Shown: in pieces, positions 12,388-24,255 of the stretch
How the letters are laid out: each line of letters opens with the position of its first letter
Position numbering within the stretch: the first letter of the stretch is position 1
NCBI RefSeq assembly: GCF_036321535.1
Contig: NC_087437.1
Location: 73,038,001 to 73,102,000, forward strand
Direction: 5' to 3'
Length of the DNA: 64,000 bases
Origin: Camelus dromedarius
Lineage: Eukaryota
Notes under the pieces: generated by a model
Told to the model about the DNA's origin: nothing
Databases searched by the model: none
Seen by the model: the letters and a program-made list of their open reading frames with translations, nothing else
Made by a program: the position numbers and the translations under genes

Positions 12388-13769
12388 GATACCCGTTATT
12401 CAATATCATTTTTTGATATTAACCCAGTTCCCCTAACTCCGAGTATACTACATTCACACTTTAAAAATACACTGTTCTAGTATCTGCTATGTGCCAGGCT
12501 CTACTCCGCCTGCAGTGCGTAAGGAAGACTAAGCCCTCAACCTCGTGGAACTTACATTGCAGTGGATTTTCCCAATTACCCGTAACATTTTCACATGCTA
12601 AATATGGTTTAATAAGTACTTCAATTTTTAGCTTTCAGAATCATCTCCATCTTCACAAGCCATCATTTCCCATTTTCCACTTCCCTCTCTTCCCCTCAAA
12701 ATGAAAGACTAATTCATATTCATTTGAAAATATCTCTAGAGATAAAGCAAAGTAGACTGAAGAAGAAAAATACCCAGCCACAGCCCACTGAAACATGTTT
12801 ATGTCTCTTAGGAAGACAAATCTTTAATAGATTTTATTTATATGTGTTTCTCCCTCGTTCCCAAACACATTTATGGTGGTTTCCATAAATATGCAGTGCC
12901 GGAAGATAAAAGAAGTGGATAGAAAGGGAAAATAGGTCAAAGAAAAAATTATTAGAAAAAGCAAGCTGAGTTTCGTTGAAACCTGAGTGGTGATATTACA
13001 TTAAATGCGTTTCTTGATGTGGTTTTCTCCTAGTAGATACGGGCTGCACATTTGGCCAGAACTTTCTAGTGACAATGCTAAGAAATAAAACATATGTTAT
13101 GCCATTGATGAACACTATTAGAGAAAAACAGTCAATTTTTAAAAGAAGCACAATTATTTGTTCTATTGTGATTAAAAAGAATTCCCCTCCCCCCAGTCTT
13201 TATAAACAGGATACTGTATAATGTGTACAACACTCTCAACAATATCCTTACAGTGTGTCAGCCATGATGCTCACTCACCCTCACACTTTAGTTAGTGAAG
13301 AGCATGGCAACTTGCCGGGTACCTCAATTCTGGGAAAGGGCATGCCTTCAGTAGAAACCATGGGTAATCACATTTCTAAAAGAAGTATATGTAAGATAAA
13401 TAGGTAAACTGGTAACATGCTTTATAAGTAGTCTACACAAGAGCTAATCAACAACAATCATTTTGCAATACACCCATGAATGCAATCAACACCAAAGACA
13501 CACTACACCCTAGCTCCATGAACCCAGTCAGATATGGGGAGATGTGTTAGAGGCTGCCCCACATGATGCTGTATGAGGAACAAAAATGGGCAGCCAGCAT
13601 TGGGGTGGGCAGAAAAATGTTCTCAAGATGGGATATGCACAGCTTCATTTGTCCAACAAACAGCCAGTTCCCAGCATGTACCAGAATGGGGGATGAAGTG
13701 AAGAGAAAGAGGAATTTCGCCCCTATCCCATGGAGTAGACAGTTTAATGAGACTAAAGTTCAGGGTGGT

Positions 13770-14155
13770 GGATTACGGGGTGATCACCAAACCTAGTCCT
13801 CTTCTCCTCACCACAGAGAGACTGCACTTCTGAGCCTCCTGAGCAGTTAGGTGTGGTGGCCGGGAACCAAATCCCAAGCATTGGACTGTGAGTAAGAGTG
13901 ATGGTTGTCATCAAGGCCTGACTACAAAACGCCCCCTGTGTGATCTTCCATGATCTGTCTCTATGTACTATCCAGATATTATGATGCAGGGTGACAGAGC
14001 TGCCACAGCCTGGGTTCTTGAATGACTATGGAGCAGAGAACCCAGCTACTAGCTTGGCCCTTTGTTGGCTCTTTGTTAGGATAAACAAATTTATATCATA
14101 TCAAGTATAAATGAACAAAATGAAATTTTGGAATTTGTTGTTACTGCAGTCTCCT
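13770..14155 (+). mobile_element. Old MaLR LTR (MLT1J/I-like)
   Basis: agcctgggttcttgaatgactatggagcagag and tttggaatttgttgttactgcag motifs. Confidence 0.6.
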
Positions 14156-15210
14156 TTCACTTACAAACAGTCAAAACAGAATTGCAGTATGAGATGTTAC
14201 ATATTATGGCAGAGAAAATACACTGTGCTGTGGGATTCCAGAGGAGGAACACACAACCAGGACATAGGAGCTCAGGGGAGGCTTTTTGAAGCAAGTGACT
14301 TATCAGCTAGGCTTGAAGGATGACAGGAATTAGCAAGACAAGTTGGAGAAGGAGAAGTGGTAAGGAGAAGAGTGTTCCAAGCAGTGTGGGCAGACGAGGT
14401 GGGAGAGGACTGAAGTCTGATCAGAATGTTGGAGGCACTCAGCATGAAGTAAAGGGATGATGAAAGAGAAGGAAGAAGAAGCTATATCCCAAGATCCCAT
14501 GGAGGAAGTAATATCCAACTAGTCCTTACAAGATGCTCCGATCTCCAGGTAAATGAAGGGTGGCTTGGACTATACGTTTAAGGCTGTGGGGGAGAAGGGA
14601 CGTGGACAGGTTTCAAATGTGGACTCAGCAGGGCTTAGTGAATGGCTGAATGTAGGCAATAAGGAAGAGAGAGGTCAAAATAATCCCAGTTTTCCAGCTT
14701 GGGCAGCTTTTTGGATCAAGGTGTCATTAGCTGAGAAAATAAACAGAGGAAAATAAATTTAAGAAGGGCCAGAGGCATGAAGATGAAGTAAATTTTAGAC
14801 AGATTGATTTTGAGGGCATATGAGACATTCAGTTGCAGCAAAGGGTTGATCATGTGAGTCTGAATCTTAGAGTGAAACCAGGCTGCAAATGAATTATTTG
14901 TGACATCAGCATGTAGACAATAATTGGAGTAACTGAGAGCTCCAAGGAGGATGGGTCCAGGGAGAAGAGATGTGGGCCTAGGATGGATCAATGGGGAACA
15001 CTTCCATGTAAGGTACCAGCAGAAGAAAAGGAGATTGAAAAGGGGGAGACAGGGACAGAAAGAAAGCCAGGGGGTATGATGTTAGAGAAACCAAGGTGAC
15101 TGAGGGTTTTCAGACGCAGGACCAGTCAGTCCAATTCAGCAAATGTTGGTTGGTGAACACTGTGTACCAAATGCTGGGTCAGTGGAGTCAAATGCTCCTA
15201 AGAAGACAGA
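14155..15210 (-). mobile_element. LINE-2 remnant
   Basis: Purine-rich degenerate reverse L2 (gaatggctgaatgtagg, ccagtttccagcttggg, agtcaaatgc). Confidence 0.6.
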
Positions 15211-15324
15211 TTTCCATGTAGCTGTCAACTACTAGGAAGCCACCGCGTTAGACCTATCAACTTGCATACATGCTAGGAAACATTTGCAAACCATTTGAAG
15301 ATTTGCAAAAGTGGTATACCTTAG

Positions 15325-15555
15325 CTATTAAAAGCATGAGTGCCAGAGCAAGACTCTTGGGGTTGAATCCTGGCTTTGTTCTAGGTTAGATGTATGATCT
15401 TGGTAAACTCTATTGACCTTTCTCTCTTTCTCACATTCCCCACTTGTAAAATAACAGTACTTTTCTAGTAGGATGATTGTGACAACTGAGAAATTGTCAC
15501 ACATATAAAGTACTTAGAAGAGTGCCTGGCATGAGGTGAGTGCTGAAAGCTATAT
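15325..15555 (+). mobile_element. MIR SINE
   Basis: ttgaatcctggct...tgtaaaat...aaagtacttagaagagtgcctggcat. Further MIR-like copies near 20.9, 26.8, 30.3, 47.1, 47.4, 47.6 and 48.7 kb. Confidence 0.7.
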
Positions 15556-15949
15556 AATATGTCATCTGCAGTTTAGTTCAGGTGTTGAAAATACAAGGAT
15601 ATTATAGCAATAGTTGACTTGAACCTCTTGAGTTCTACCATTGCCCCATTTCCCTTGGTCTTTCTAGAAGGAGGCTGATTTGAGGTAACCAACCCCTCCT
15701 TCCTCAGGCTAGCCCAAGTCAAGAACTACATTCCAAAGCCTGCATCAGAAAGGGCTACCTGTCTGGGGTGAAGAGAGCAAGAGAGCAGCTGCTTGACAGG
15801 CATCAGCTCTGTGAAGAGATTGTAATTTCTATTGGCAGAGTCACCTACAACCATCCTCTTTCACCTTACTGAGCCACCAGTGGTTCACATTCTTGTGTGG
15901 TCACTGTAACTTCTGGCTCACTGCCTCCCACCACTCATTAAGAAAGGTT

Positions 15950-17436
15950 CAGTGGAACAGAGTAGAGAGCCCATAAATATACCCACAAACTTATGGTCAA
16001 TTATCTTTGGCAAAGGAGGCAAGAATATACAGTAGAGATAAGATCATCTCTTTAGCAAGCAGTGTTGGGAAAGCTGGACAGCTGCATGTAAATCAATGAA
16101 GTAGGAACACTCCCTCATACCATACACAAAAATAAACTGAAACTGGCTTAAAGACTTAAATATAAGACATGACACCATAAAACTCCTAGAAGAGAACATA
16201 GGCAAAACATTCTTTGACATAAATCACAGCAATGTTCTTAGGTCAGTCTCCCAAGGCAATGGAAATAAAAGCAAAAATAAATGGAACCTAGTCAAACTTA
16301 TAAGCTTTTGCACAGCAAAGGAAACCATAAAAAATGAAAAGACAAACTACAGACTAGAAAAGAAATTTGCAAATGATGCAACCGACAAGGGCTTAATTTC
16401 CAAAATAAACAAACAGCTCATACAACTCAATAACAACAACAACAAAAACAAATAATTCAATTACAAAATGGGAAGAAGACCTAAACAGATATTTCTCCAA
16501 AGAAGACATACAGATGACCAGCAAGCATATGAAAAGATGCTCAACATCGCTAATTATTGGAGAAATGCAAATCAAAACTACAATAAGGTGTCACCTCACA
16601 TTGGTAAGAATGACCATCATTAAAAAGTTCACAAACGATAAATGCTAAAGAGGGTGTGGAGAAAAGGGACTCCTCCTACACTGTTGGTGGGAATGTAAAT
16701 TGGTGCAGCCACTATGGAAAACAGTATGGAGGTGCCTTAAAAAACTAAAAATAGACATATGATCCAGCAATCCCACTCCTGGGCATATAACTGGAGGGAA
16801 CTCTAACTTGAAAAGATACATGCACCTTAATGTTCATAGCAACACTATTTCACAACAGCCAAGACATGGAAGCAACCTAAATGTCCATTGACAGATAAGT
16901 GGATAAAAAGGATGTGGTATGTATATACAATGGAGTATTACTCAGCCATAAAAAAGAATGAAATAATATCATTTGCAGCAACATGGATGGACTTAGAGAT
17001 TATCATAGTAAGTAAATCAGAGAAAGATGAATATCACATGATATCACTTACATGTGGAATCTAAAAAAAAAGACAAATGAACTTATTTACAAAACAGAAA
17101 ACAACTCCACAGACATAGAAAACAAACTTATGGTTACCAAAGGAGAAAGGGCATGGGAGGAGGGATAAATTAGGTGTTTGGGATTGGTAGATACAAACTT
17201 CTATATACAGAATAGATAAACAACAAAGTCCTACTGTGTTGCACAGGGAACTATATTTGATATCCTGAAACAAACCATAATGGAAAAGAACATGAAAAAG
17301 AATATATATAGATATAGACATATGTATAACCAAATCACTTTGCTGCACACCAGAAACTATCACAGTACTATAAATCAACTATACTTCAATAAAAATAATT
17401 AAAAAAATAATATCCATGAGACAATTAAAAAAAAAA
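15950..17436 (+). mobile_element. 5'-truncated LINE-1 (ORF2 C-terminus, 3' UTR, A tail), relatively young
   Basis: Contains the ORF2 Cys-rich motif [18 protein letters not shown] near 16680, followed by an L1 3' UTR, AATAAA and an A-rich tail. Confidence 0.92.
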
Positions 17437-20400
17437 GGTAGGTAATACGAAATAATGCACAAAAAGACTGCCTTCAGGATATATGAAGTATTTGCAGAGA
17501 AAGCTCAGATTGCCTCAAACTGACTGGGATCACGTTCGTAGTCACTGCAGAACTGCACTTGGGAAGTGAGCACTGGCATTAGACGCTGGCGGGCTGCCTA
17601 AGAGCAGGGCTGCTGGCAGAGGTCAGCCATCGTCACTCTGTGAGTCTGTTGCGGGCTGTGCTCCACCGCGCCCTCCAGAGGAGGGTCCGGGCAGTCTCTG
17701 CATCAGGAGCAGCTATGCTTCTCCTCTGCAACTGGCTCACTATGATTTTGTGAACCTATAGATCACCGAGTGAATCTGAATTTATCGCTTTCATCGAGAT
17801 GGCTTTATCTTTGTCCCTCTTGGCAGTAATTCCTTCAGTTACCTATTTTTAAAATTTTGTATTGTTACATATTTTTAAAGTTATCTCATATCTATACAAG
17901 AAAAATGCACAGAACACAACTAGCCATAAGTAATCACTGGATACTGTGAGATCCTGAGAGAGGTGATGTGCTCCTCCTAATTACTAGAGAAAACAGGTGA
18001 AAGAGGAAGTGGAGCGGGGAGGTAAAAAGAAGAAAGACTATCCACATTTTGAACAATTCTCAGAAGGATTAGAAAAGAAAGATCCCTTTTCTCTGGGAGT
18101 CCATTCCTTGTGCGGGAGAACGTGCGGCTTTCATTGCCAGTCAGCAGTCTCTTATCTCCCCTCCCGCGGGCCAGCAACAAGTCTTCGTTCATTCATTCAT
18201 TCATCCTTCCTCTCCCCCACCCCCTCCCTCTCATGCCTAGAACTGACCTTCACAGTAGTCACCAAATGACTTAGTAAGTGAAAGCAGAAGGGGATGGTTT
18301 CAACAGTGGTGATACGATCATAACAATGGTGATAATTGTGAAGAAAAAGACCGAGGCAATAATCAGAGAATTAGTATTTACTTATGAGCTGTACCACCAT
18401 TACAGAGAAATCTAATAAGCAACTGCCAGACACCTTTTAAAATACTTCTTACTTACAAGCATCAGACAGGTTCTGATTGCCCACACTGGGTGATAGCACT
18501 GATTAGTAATTCATGATTTAATTCTGGCAGGATTCACTGGAATCCTGATGAAGTGTGATAACTGAGAATTTCATTTGTATTGAAATGACTGATTAAATGT
18601 TCTTTTCTGGAGGTCAGAAAGTAATGTGACATAAATCCTTGCTTACTGCTGAATTACTGCAGGGTAAGGAGAACTCATTCATTTGATTCCATCTAAGAGT
18701 GTTGTTCATGGGAAGAGGAATACTGCCCCGGGCATGCATCCTGCCTCGATCCTTGAGTCACTGGGTCTCCTGCCTGGCGTAGATATCAGGGCTGCTCTAA
18801 GCCTCCCCTCACAGGTAGGCTTATGGAATTTGCTGAGGGCTGAATATGTGCCAATAAGCTTCTGGGCACAAAAGGATCAGTGAGACCCATCACTATCTCG
18901 AGGGAGCCCAAGGTCATTTCAGTCTTATTGGACTCTAGCTGAATTTTGTTTCGGTCTTGGCCTGAGGGTTTGTTCCAGGCTGCATAGGTTAGTGGAAGAA
19001 TGATCCCTTTACTATGAGACCTTGCCATCATGCAGAAGTCAGAGCTGAAGCCTGCTAGAGAACTATTTCCCTAGACAGATTAAATCCTCCCATTCCCATT
19101 GGCTTTACACCATGGTTCAAGGTAAAGGCCCCTGGGTATTACATGACCTAATTGTTAACAATCTCCACACTGTTATCTCTTGCTACTCCCTGCCTATATT
19201 CTTTCATTTATTCACCCAGCATTTGGGAGCCTCTATCTTCCAGGCATCATGTCTGCCACTGGGGACACAATGACGAGCTCCCCTGGAGTTTAAGTTCATG
19301 GAGGACATGGACATTAACCGGAGAACCACACAAACCAATCCAAGTATGAGAACACATGAAGGAGGGAAGACCAAGTCAGAGTCCCAGGAATGCTGCCCTG
19401 AGAAATATAGAAGGAGAATGGAGGCAGAAAGGGGGCCGTGGGAGCTTTCAGGCAGAGGCCACAGCAAGTTCAAAGGCCCTGCACGTGGTCTCACACACTG
19501 TGGTTTAGTAGTAGCAATGTGGTACCTGTCTATTCCAGGGCTGGGCCATTACAAGCATCCAGGGAGCATTTGTTCTGCATGTTGAACTGAACTGAGAGCT
19601 GTCACAGTGCACACCATGGCCTCAGCAGTGGCAGGACAGTGATCGAACTGTGGCATGCCAGCAGCAGCCAGCGCTGCTGGTTTCTCAGGGTTGTTTGGTT
19701 TTGTTTTGCTTCTGTTTTAAAAGCTATCCCTTCCTAGAGCCTGACCTGGAGATTCTGTAACTATAAGAGGACATATGCATCTGACAATCTCTGCACATCA
19801 AGTACAGCATGTTAAAATAATTGTATTCATATTATTTTCAGTCACGTCTTTAATAGATTCATGTTAGATACTTCAGCATGTGAATAAGCCATGTTAGCTC
19901 TTGTCTTTTCTGTTTCAAGGTTATGTTTACACTTACGAGAGCAAAATCTCTTCAACATTCCAGAGTTGGTTCTACATTATGACATATCATGTTGGCAAGT
20001 AGAATGCCAAACCCAGCAACAGACAGTTGTTTGATGGTTGTTTATTTCTTCTTCAGTTTGGGTGTTTATTGTTACTAAACCTTGTACGTGTCCAGAGATA
20101 CATAATAATGATCCTTTGTTTCCAGGAAAGAAGAAGGGTTTTAGAAGAAAACACCACTTTGTACAAGATGTCTTGCTGTATTAATTCACAAACTACCAAG
20201 AGGTTAGATGAGATCTGAAACCTTCCTAGCCCATGTCTATTTCAACTTAAAATTTTTTTCACTAAGATGAAAAATTTCCCTCTATGTTATCCCTGGAAGT
20301 TCCATTAAGTCAGAAGACAGCTCTAGGCAGTTCTGAGTCGAATGGAGGAGACAGAAACTTGTTCTCTAAGAGCTAATTCTGGTCGCCTCCTTGTGACATT

Positions 20401-21319
20401 GTGAAGCAGAGCCAAATCTCTTAACCTGGACTCCTGCCATCTGCCCAGTGACTGTCCCTCTCACGGCCGGAGAAGGGAAAGGCAGGGAAACGCTAGAGGC
20501 CCCACAGCAGATTAATTGGGGGGAAATATTGAAATAGTTTCCAAACAATTTAAGTTAATTATATAATAAGGATTACTATGTACCAAATAAAAGAGACAGA
20601 TGAGAAGTGGTGATAGGGTAAGGACTAAAGAGAAGGGTAAGGAATAAAATGGTAACAACAACAACAAAAAAGAAATATTGATTTGATCATTGCTTACTCC
20701 CTCAAAGAATTGAAAAATATAAGTAAAGGTACTGATTTATTTTAAGATGAATTTTGCTCGCTGGACCCTTCTTTTGATCACGACATCCTTCTCAGACTGG
20801 ACTGTGTGAGCCTTTGCTTTATCATTGCTCTTTATGCATTTTCACATTTCCTAGTCATAATAACTATATGAGCTAGATGATATTACTTCTGTTTTTTAAG
20901 ATAAAGAAATAGTATTAGAAAGGTGAAAAAACTTGCCCTGGGTTACAGAGCTAGTAGGTGGCAGAGGTAAGAATTGAACTCAAGCCTGTCTAACACCAAA
21001 GATTATATTCTTTCCAGTCTGGTAGCCTTAAAGTACAGGCAGCCTTGTTACAGGACACGTCATCAGAACCAGGGCTTAGCCACGGAAGGGCTCAGTCCTG
21101 GTCCCTAACATGCATCCGCCCAGAGTTGAAGGCATTTACAGCCTCTGCCTGTCTCCTCTCGCCCATCATCACCTCTCAGTTTCCTGTGATGAGACTACGC
21201 CAACTGCGGGCCCTGACCAGGTGCCTTTTTCTTTAGGGAGCTTTCTTCTGCTCTTTCCAAAACTCTTCCATTGTTAGTCACATTCTACTTCATACTTTAG
21301 AAAATATTCTTAACCCCTC

Positions 21320-21830
21320 AAATATTTACTGAGTTATCAATACTTATTGATAACCATGTGTTATCACTCTTCTAGGTGATCGAGATACATCGGTAGACAA
21401 ATCAGACAAAAAACCCTGCCTCATGGGATTTAGTTTCTTGTAGGGAGGAGCCAGAAAAATAAATTATACAAGATGCTAAAAGATGCTACGGAGAAAAATA
21501 AAACAGGAAAAGGGGACGGGGGTAGGATGGGGGTGTTGTAGTTTTAAATGAGTTGGTCATGGAAAGCCACACTGAGAAGGTGACGTGTGAACAAAGAGTG
21601 GGAGAAGACGAGGGCGTGAGCCATGTGGATTTAGAGGGAAGAATTTCCAGGCAGAGGAAACAAGTAAAACGGCCCTGAGGTGGGGGCAGCTGAGGCACGT
21701 TGGAAGATCAGCAAGGAGACCACTTCAGGTGAAGCACAGTGAGTGAGCGGTGGCTAGAGTAGTGGGAATGTAGTAAACTGGATGTAACCTGTGGCCTTTC
21801 AGGCCATTGACAGATATCTGCCCTAGCTCA
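21320..21830 (-). mobile_element. LINE-2 3' fragment
   Basis: aaatatttactgag...cagacaaaaaaccctgcctcatgg...gaggaaacaagtaaaacggccctgagg. Confidence 0.7.
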
Positions 21831-22354
21831 CTGCCCCCGCCTCTCCTCCACTCATGTGACCTAGATCCTGGCGGGTTTTATTTACATCTGAATCTATTTC
21901 AAGTAGAAGTAGGACACATAATTCTAGACTTTTTGTTTTTATTAAAACACACAATTTAGACAAAGACAGACTGGTTAATTAATCAACCACTCTATTTCCT
22001 AACTTGGGTTCCTACTATGTTCCCAAAGGGATTTAAGGGAACTAATAATAAAATGCAGCTTTCTGACACTTACTATGAACCAGGTACTATATTAGGTGTT
22101 TTGCAGGTCTGCCTCTTCTGCTGCTTTTAATAACCCATGAGGAAGGCACTATCCATGCTAATACTCTTCCTTTCCTTCTTTCTCTTGTCTTTCCCCATTT
22201 TCTTCAAGCATCCTCACCTTGGCCTCACTTTTAGAACTCTGTCTATTACTTTTCAATCCATCACACTGTGCCCAAACCTATAGCTTTCAGTGGGCCGTCT
22301 CAGTAGGTAAACCATCAATCACCTCATCATGTTTGCTTCATTTTCACTACATTT

Positions 22355-24255
22355 ATTTTATTTTACTTACTCATTTTAAAAATTTTTAAATAAAATTGAA
22401 TATATTACTGTGTACACATGATGATTTGATATACATATACATAGTAGAATGATTACTATAGTCAGTTAACACACCATCTCCTTTCGCATACTTTCTAGTG
22501 TGCCAAGAACACGTGAAATCTACTCTTAGCAAATTTCCAATATACAATCCAGTAGTATTAACTATAGTCATTATGCTATACATTAGCTCTCTAGACTTAC
22601 TAGTCCTACTTAACTCCAACTTTGTACACTTTGACGAACGTCATCCCGTCTCTCCTAGCTCCCTGGCCCTGGTAACTACTGTTCTACTCTTTGCTTCCAT
22701 GTAATTGACTCTTTTTAGATTCCACATATATGCAGTTTTTTTTCTTTTTGTGTCTGGCTTATTTCACTGAAGCATTATGTCCTCTATGTTCATCCACTGC
22801 ATATGGCAGGATTTCCTTTTTTAAGGTCAAATTATATATATATATATATATATATAAATTTTTTTGGCCCCATCAATTGGAACTTAGGCTATTTCCATAT
22901 CTATTTGAACATGGGCGCACAGATTATCTCATAGAGGTGGCTGATTTCATTTCCTTTCTGTATATACCAAAAAGAGAGATTGCTGGATCAAATAGTAGTT
23001 CTATTTTTAAATTTTTTAGGAACTTCAAAGACTGGTTTCCATTAACAGCTGCATCAATTTACATTCTCACCAACAGTGTACAAGGGTTCTCTTTACTCCA
23101 TATCCTCACCAACACTTGTTTATCTTTACTTTTGTTGCATTGTGACACATTGTCACAAGTGTGAGGTGATATTTCACTGTGGTTTGATTTGAATTTCTTT
23201 AATGATTAGCAATGTTGAGCACCTTTTCATATACCTTTTGGCCATTTGTATGTCTTCTTTAAAAAAATATCTATTCAGATCTATTGTCTCTTTTTTTAAC
23301 AGTTTGTTTCTTGCTTTGCTATTGAACTAAGTTCCTTATATATTTTGGATATTAACCCTTTATCAGATTTATAATTTGCAAATACTTTCTTCCAGTCCAT
23401 AGGTTGCTTTTGAATTTTGTTGGTTGTTTTCTTTGTTGTGCAGGGTTTTTTTGGTTTGATGTAGTACACTTGTTTATTTTTGCTTTTGCTGCCTGAACTT
23501 TTGGTGTCACATCAAAAAAATCATTGCCAAGGCCAACTGATGTCAAGTTTTTCCCTATGTTTTCTTCTAGAAGTTTTATAGTTTCAGATCTTATGTTTGT
23601 CTTTAATATATTTTGAGGTGATTTTTGTGTATTGTGTAAGAAAAGGGTCCAATTTCATTCTTTTGCATGTGGAAACATATCCAGTTTCCCGAGCACCATT
23701 TATTGAAGAGCCTTTCCTTTCCCAGTGTGTATTCTTGGTAATTTTGTTAAAAATTAGTTGACCGTATTTGCTTGGGTTTATTTCTGGGCTCTCTATTCTG
23801 TTTCCTTGGCCTACGTGCCTGTCTTATGCAAGTATCATACTGTTTTGATTACTACCCCTTTGTAGTATAGTGAGAAATTAGGAAGTGTGGTGCCTCCAAC
23901 TCTGTCCTTTCTCAAGATTGCACTGGTTATTTGGTGTCTTTTGTAGATATGCATTTTAAGATTGTTTTTCTATTTCTGTGAAAAATTCATTGGAATTTTG
24001 ATAGGGAACTGCACTGAATCTGTATATTGCTTTGAGTAGTGTAGACAATTTAACAATATTAATTATTCCAATCCATGAACACTGGATGTCTTTCCACTTG
24101 TTTGCATGTCTCCAATGTCTTTCATCAATGTTTTATAGTTTTCAGTGTACGGATCTTTCATTTTCTTGCTTAAATTTCCTAGTGTTTTATCCTTTTTTGA
24201 TGCTATTGTAAATGGATTGTTTTCTTGGTTTCTTTTTTTGTTGTTGTTGTTGGTG
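22355..24255 (-). mobile_element. 5'-truncated LINE-1 (L1MA/L1MB-like), same sense as CD96
   Basis: Reverse-complement L1 ORF2 end and 3' UTR (e.g. gtgaggtgatatttcactgtggtttgatttgaatttc), T-rich tail at left, degenerate TSD tcact..attt.tttt at both ends. Confidence 0.9.
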
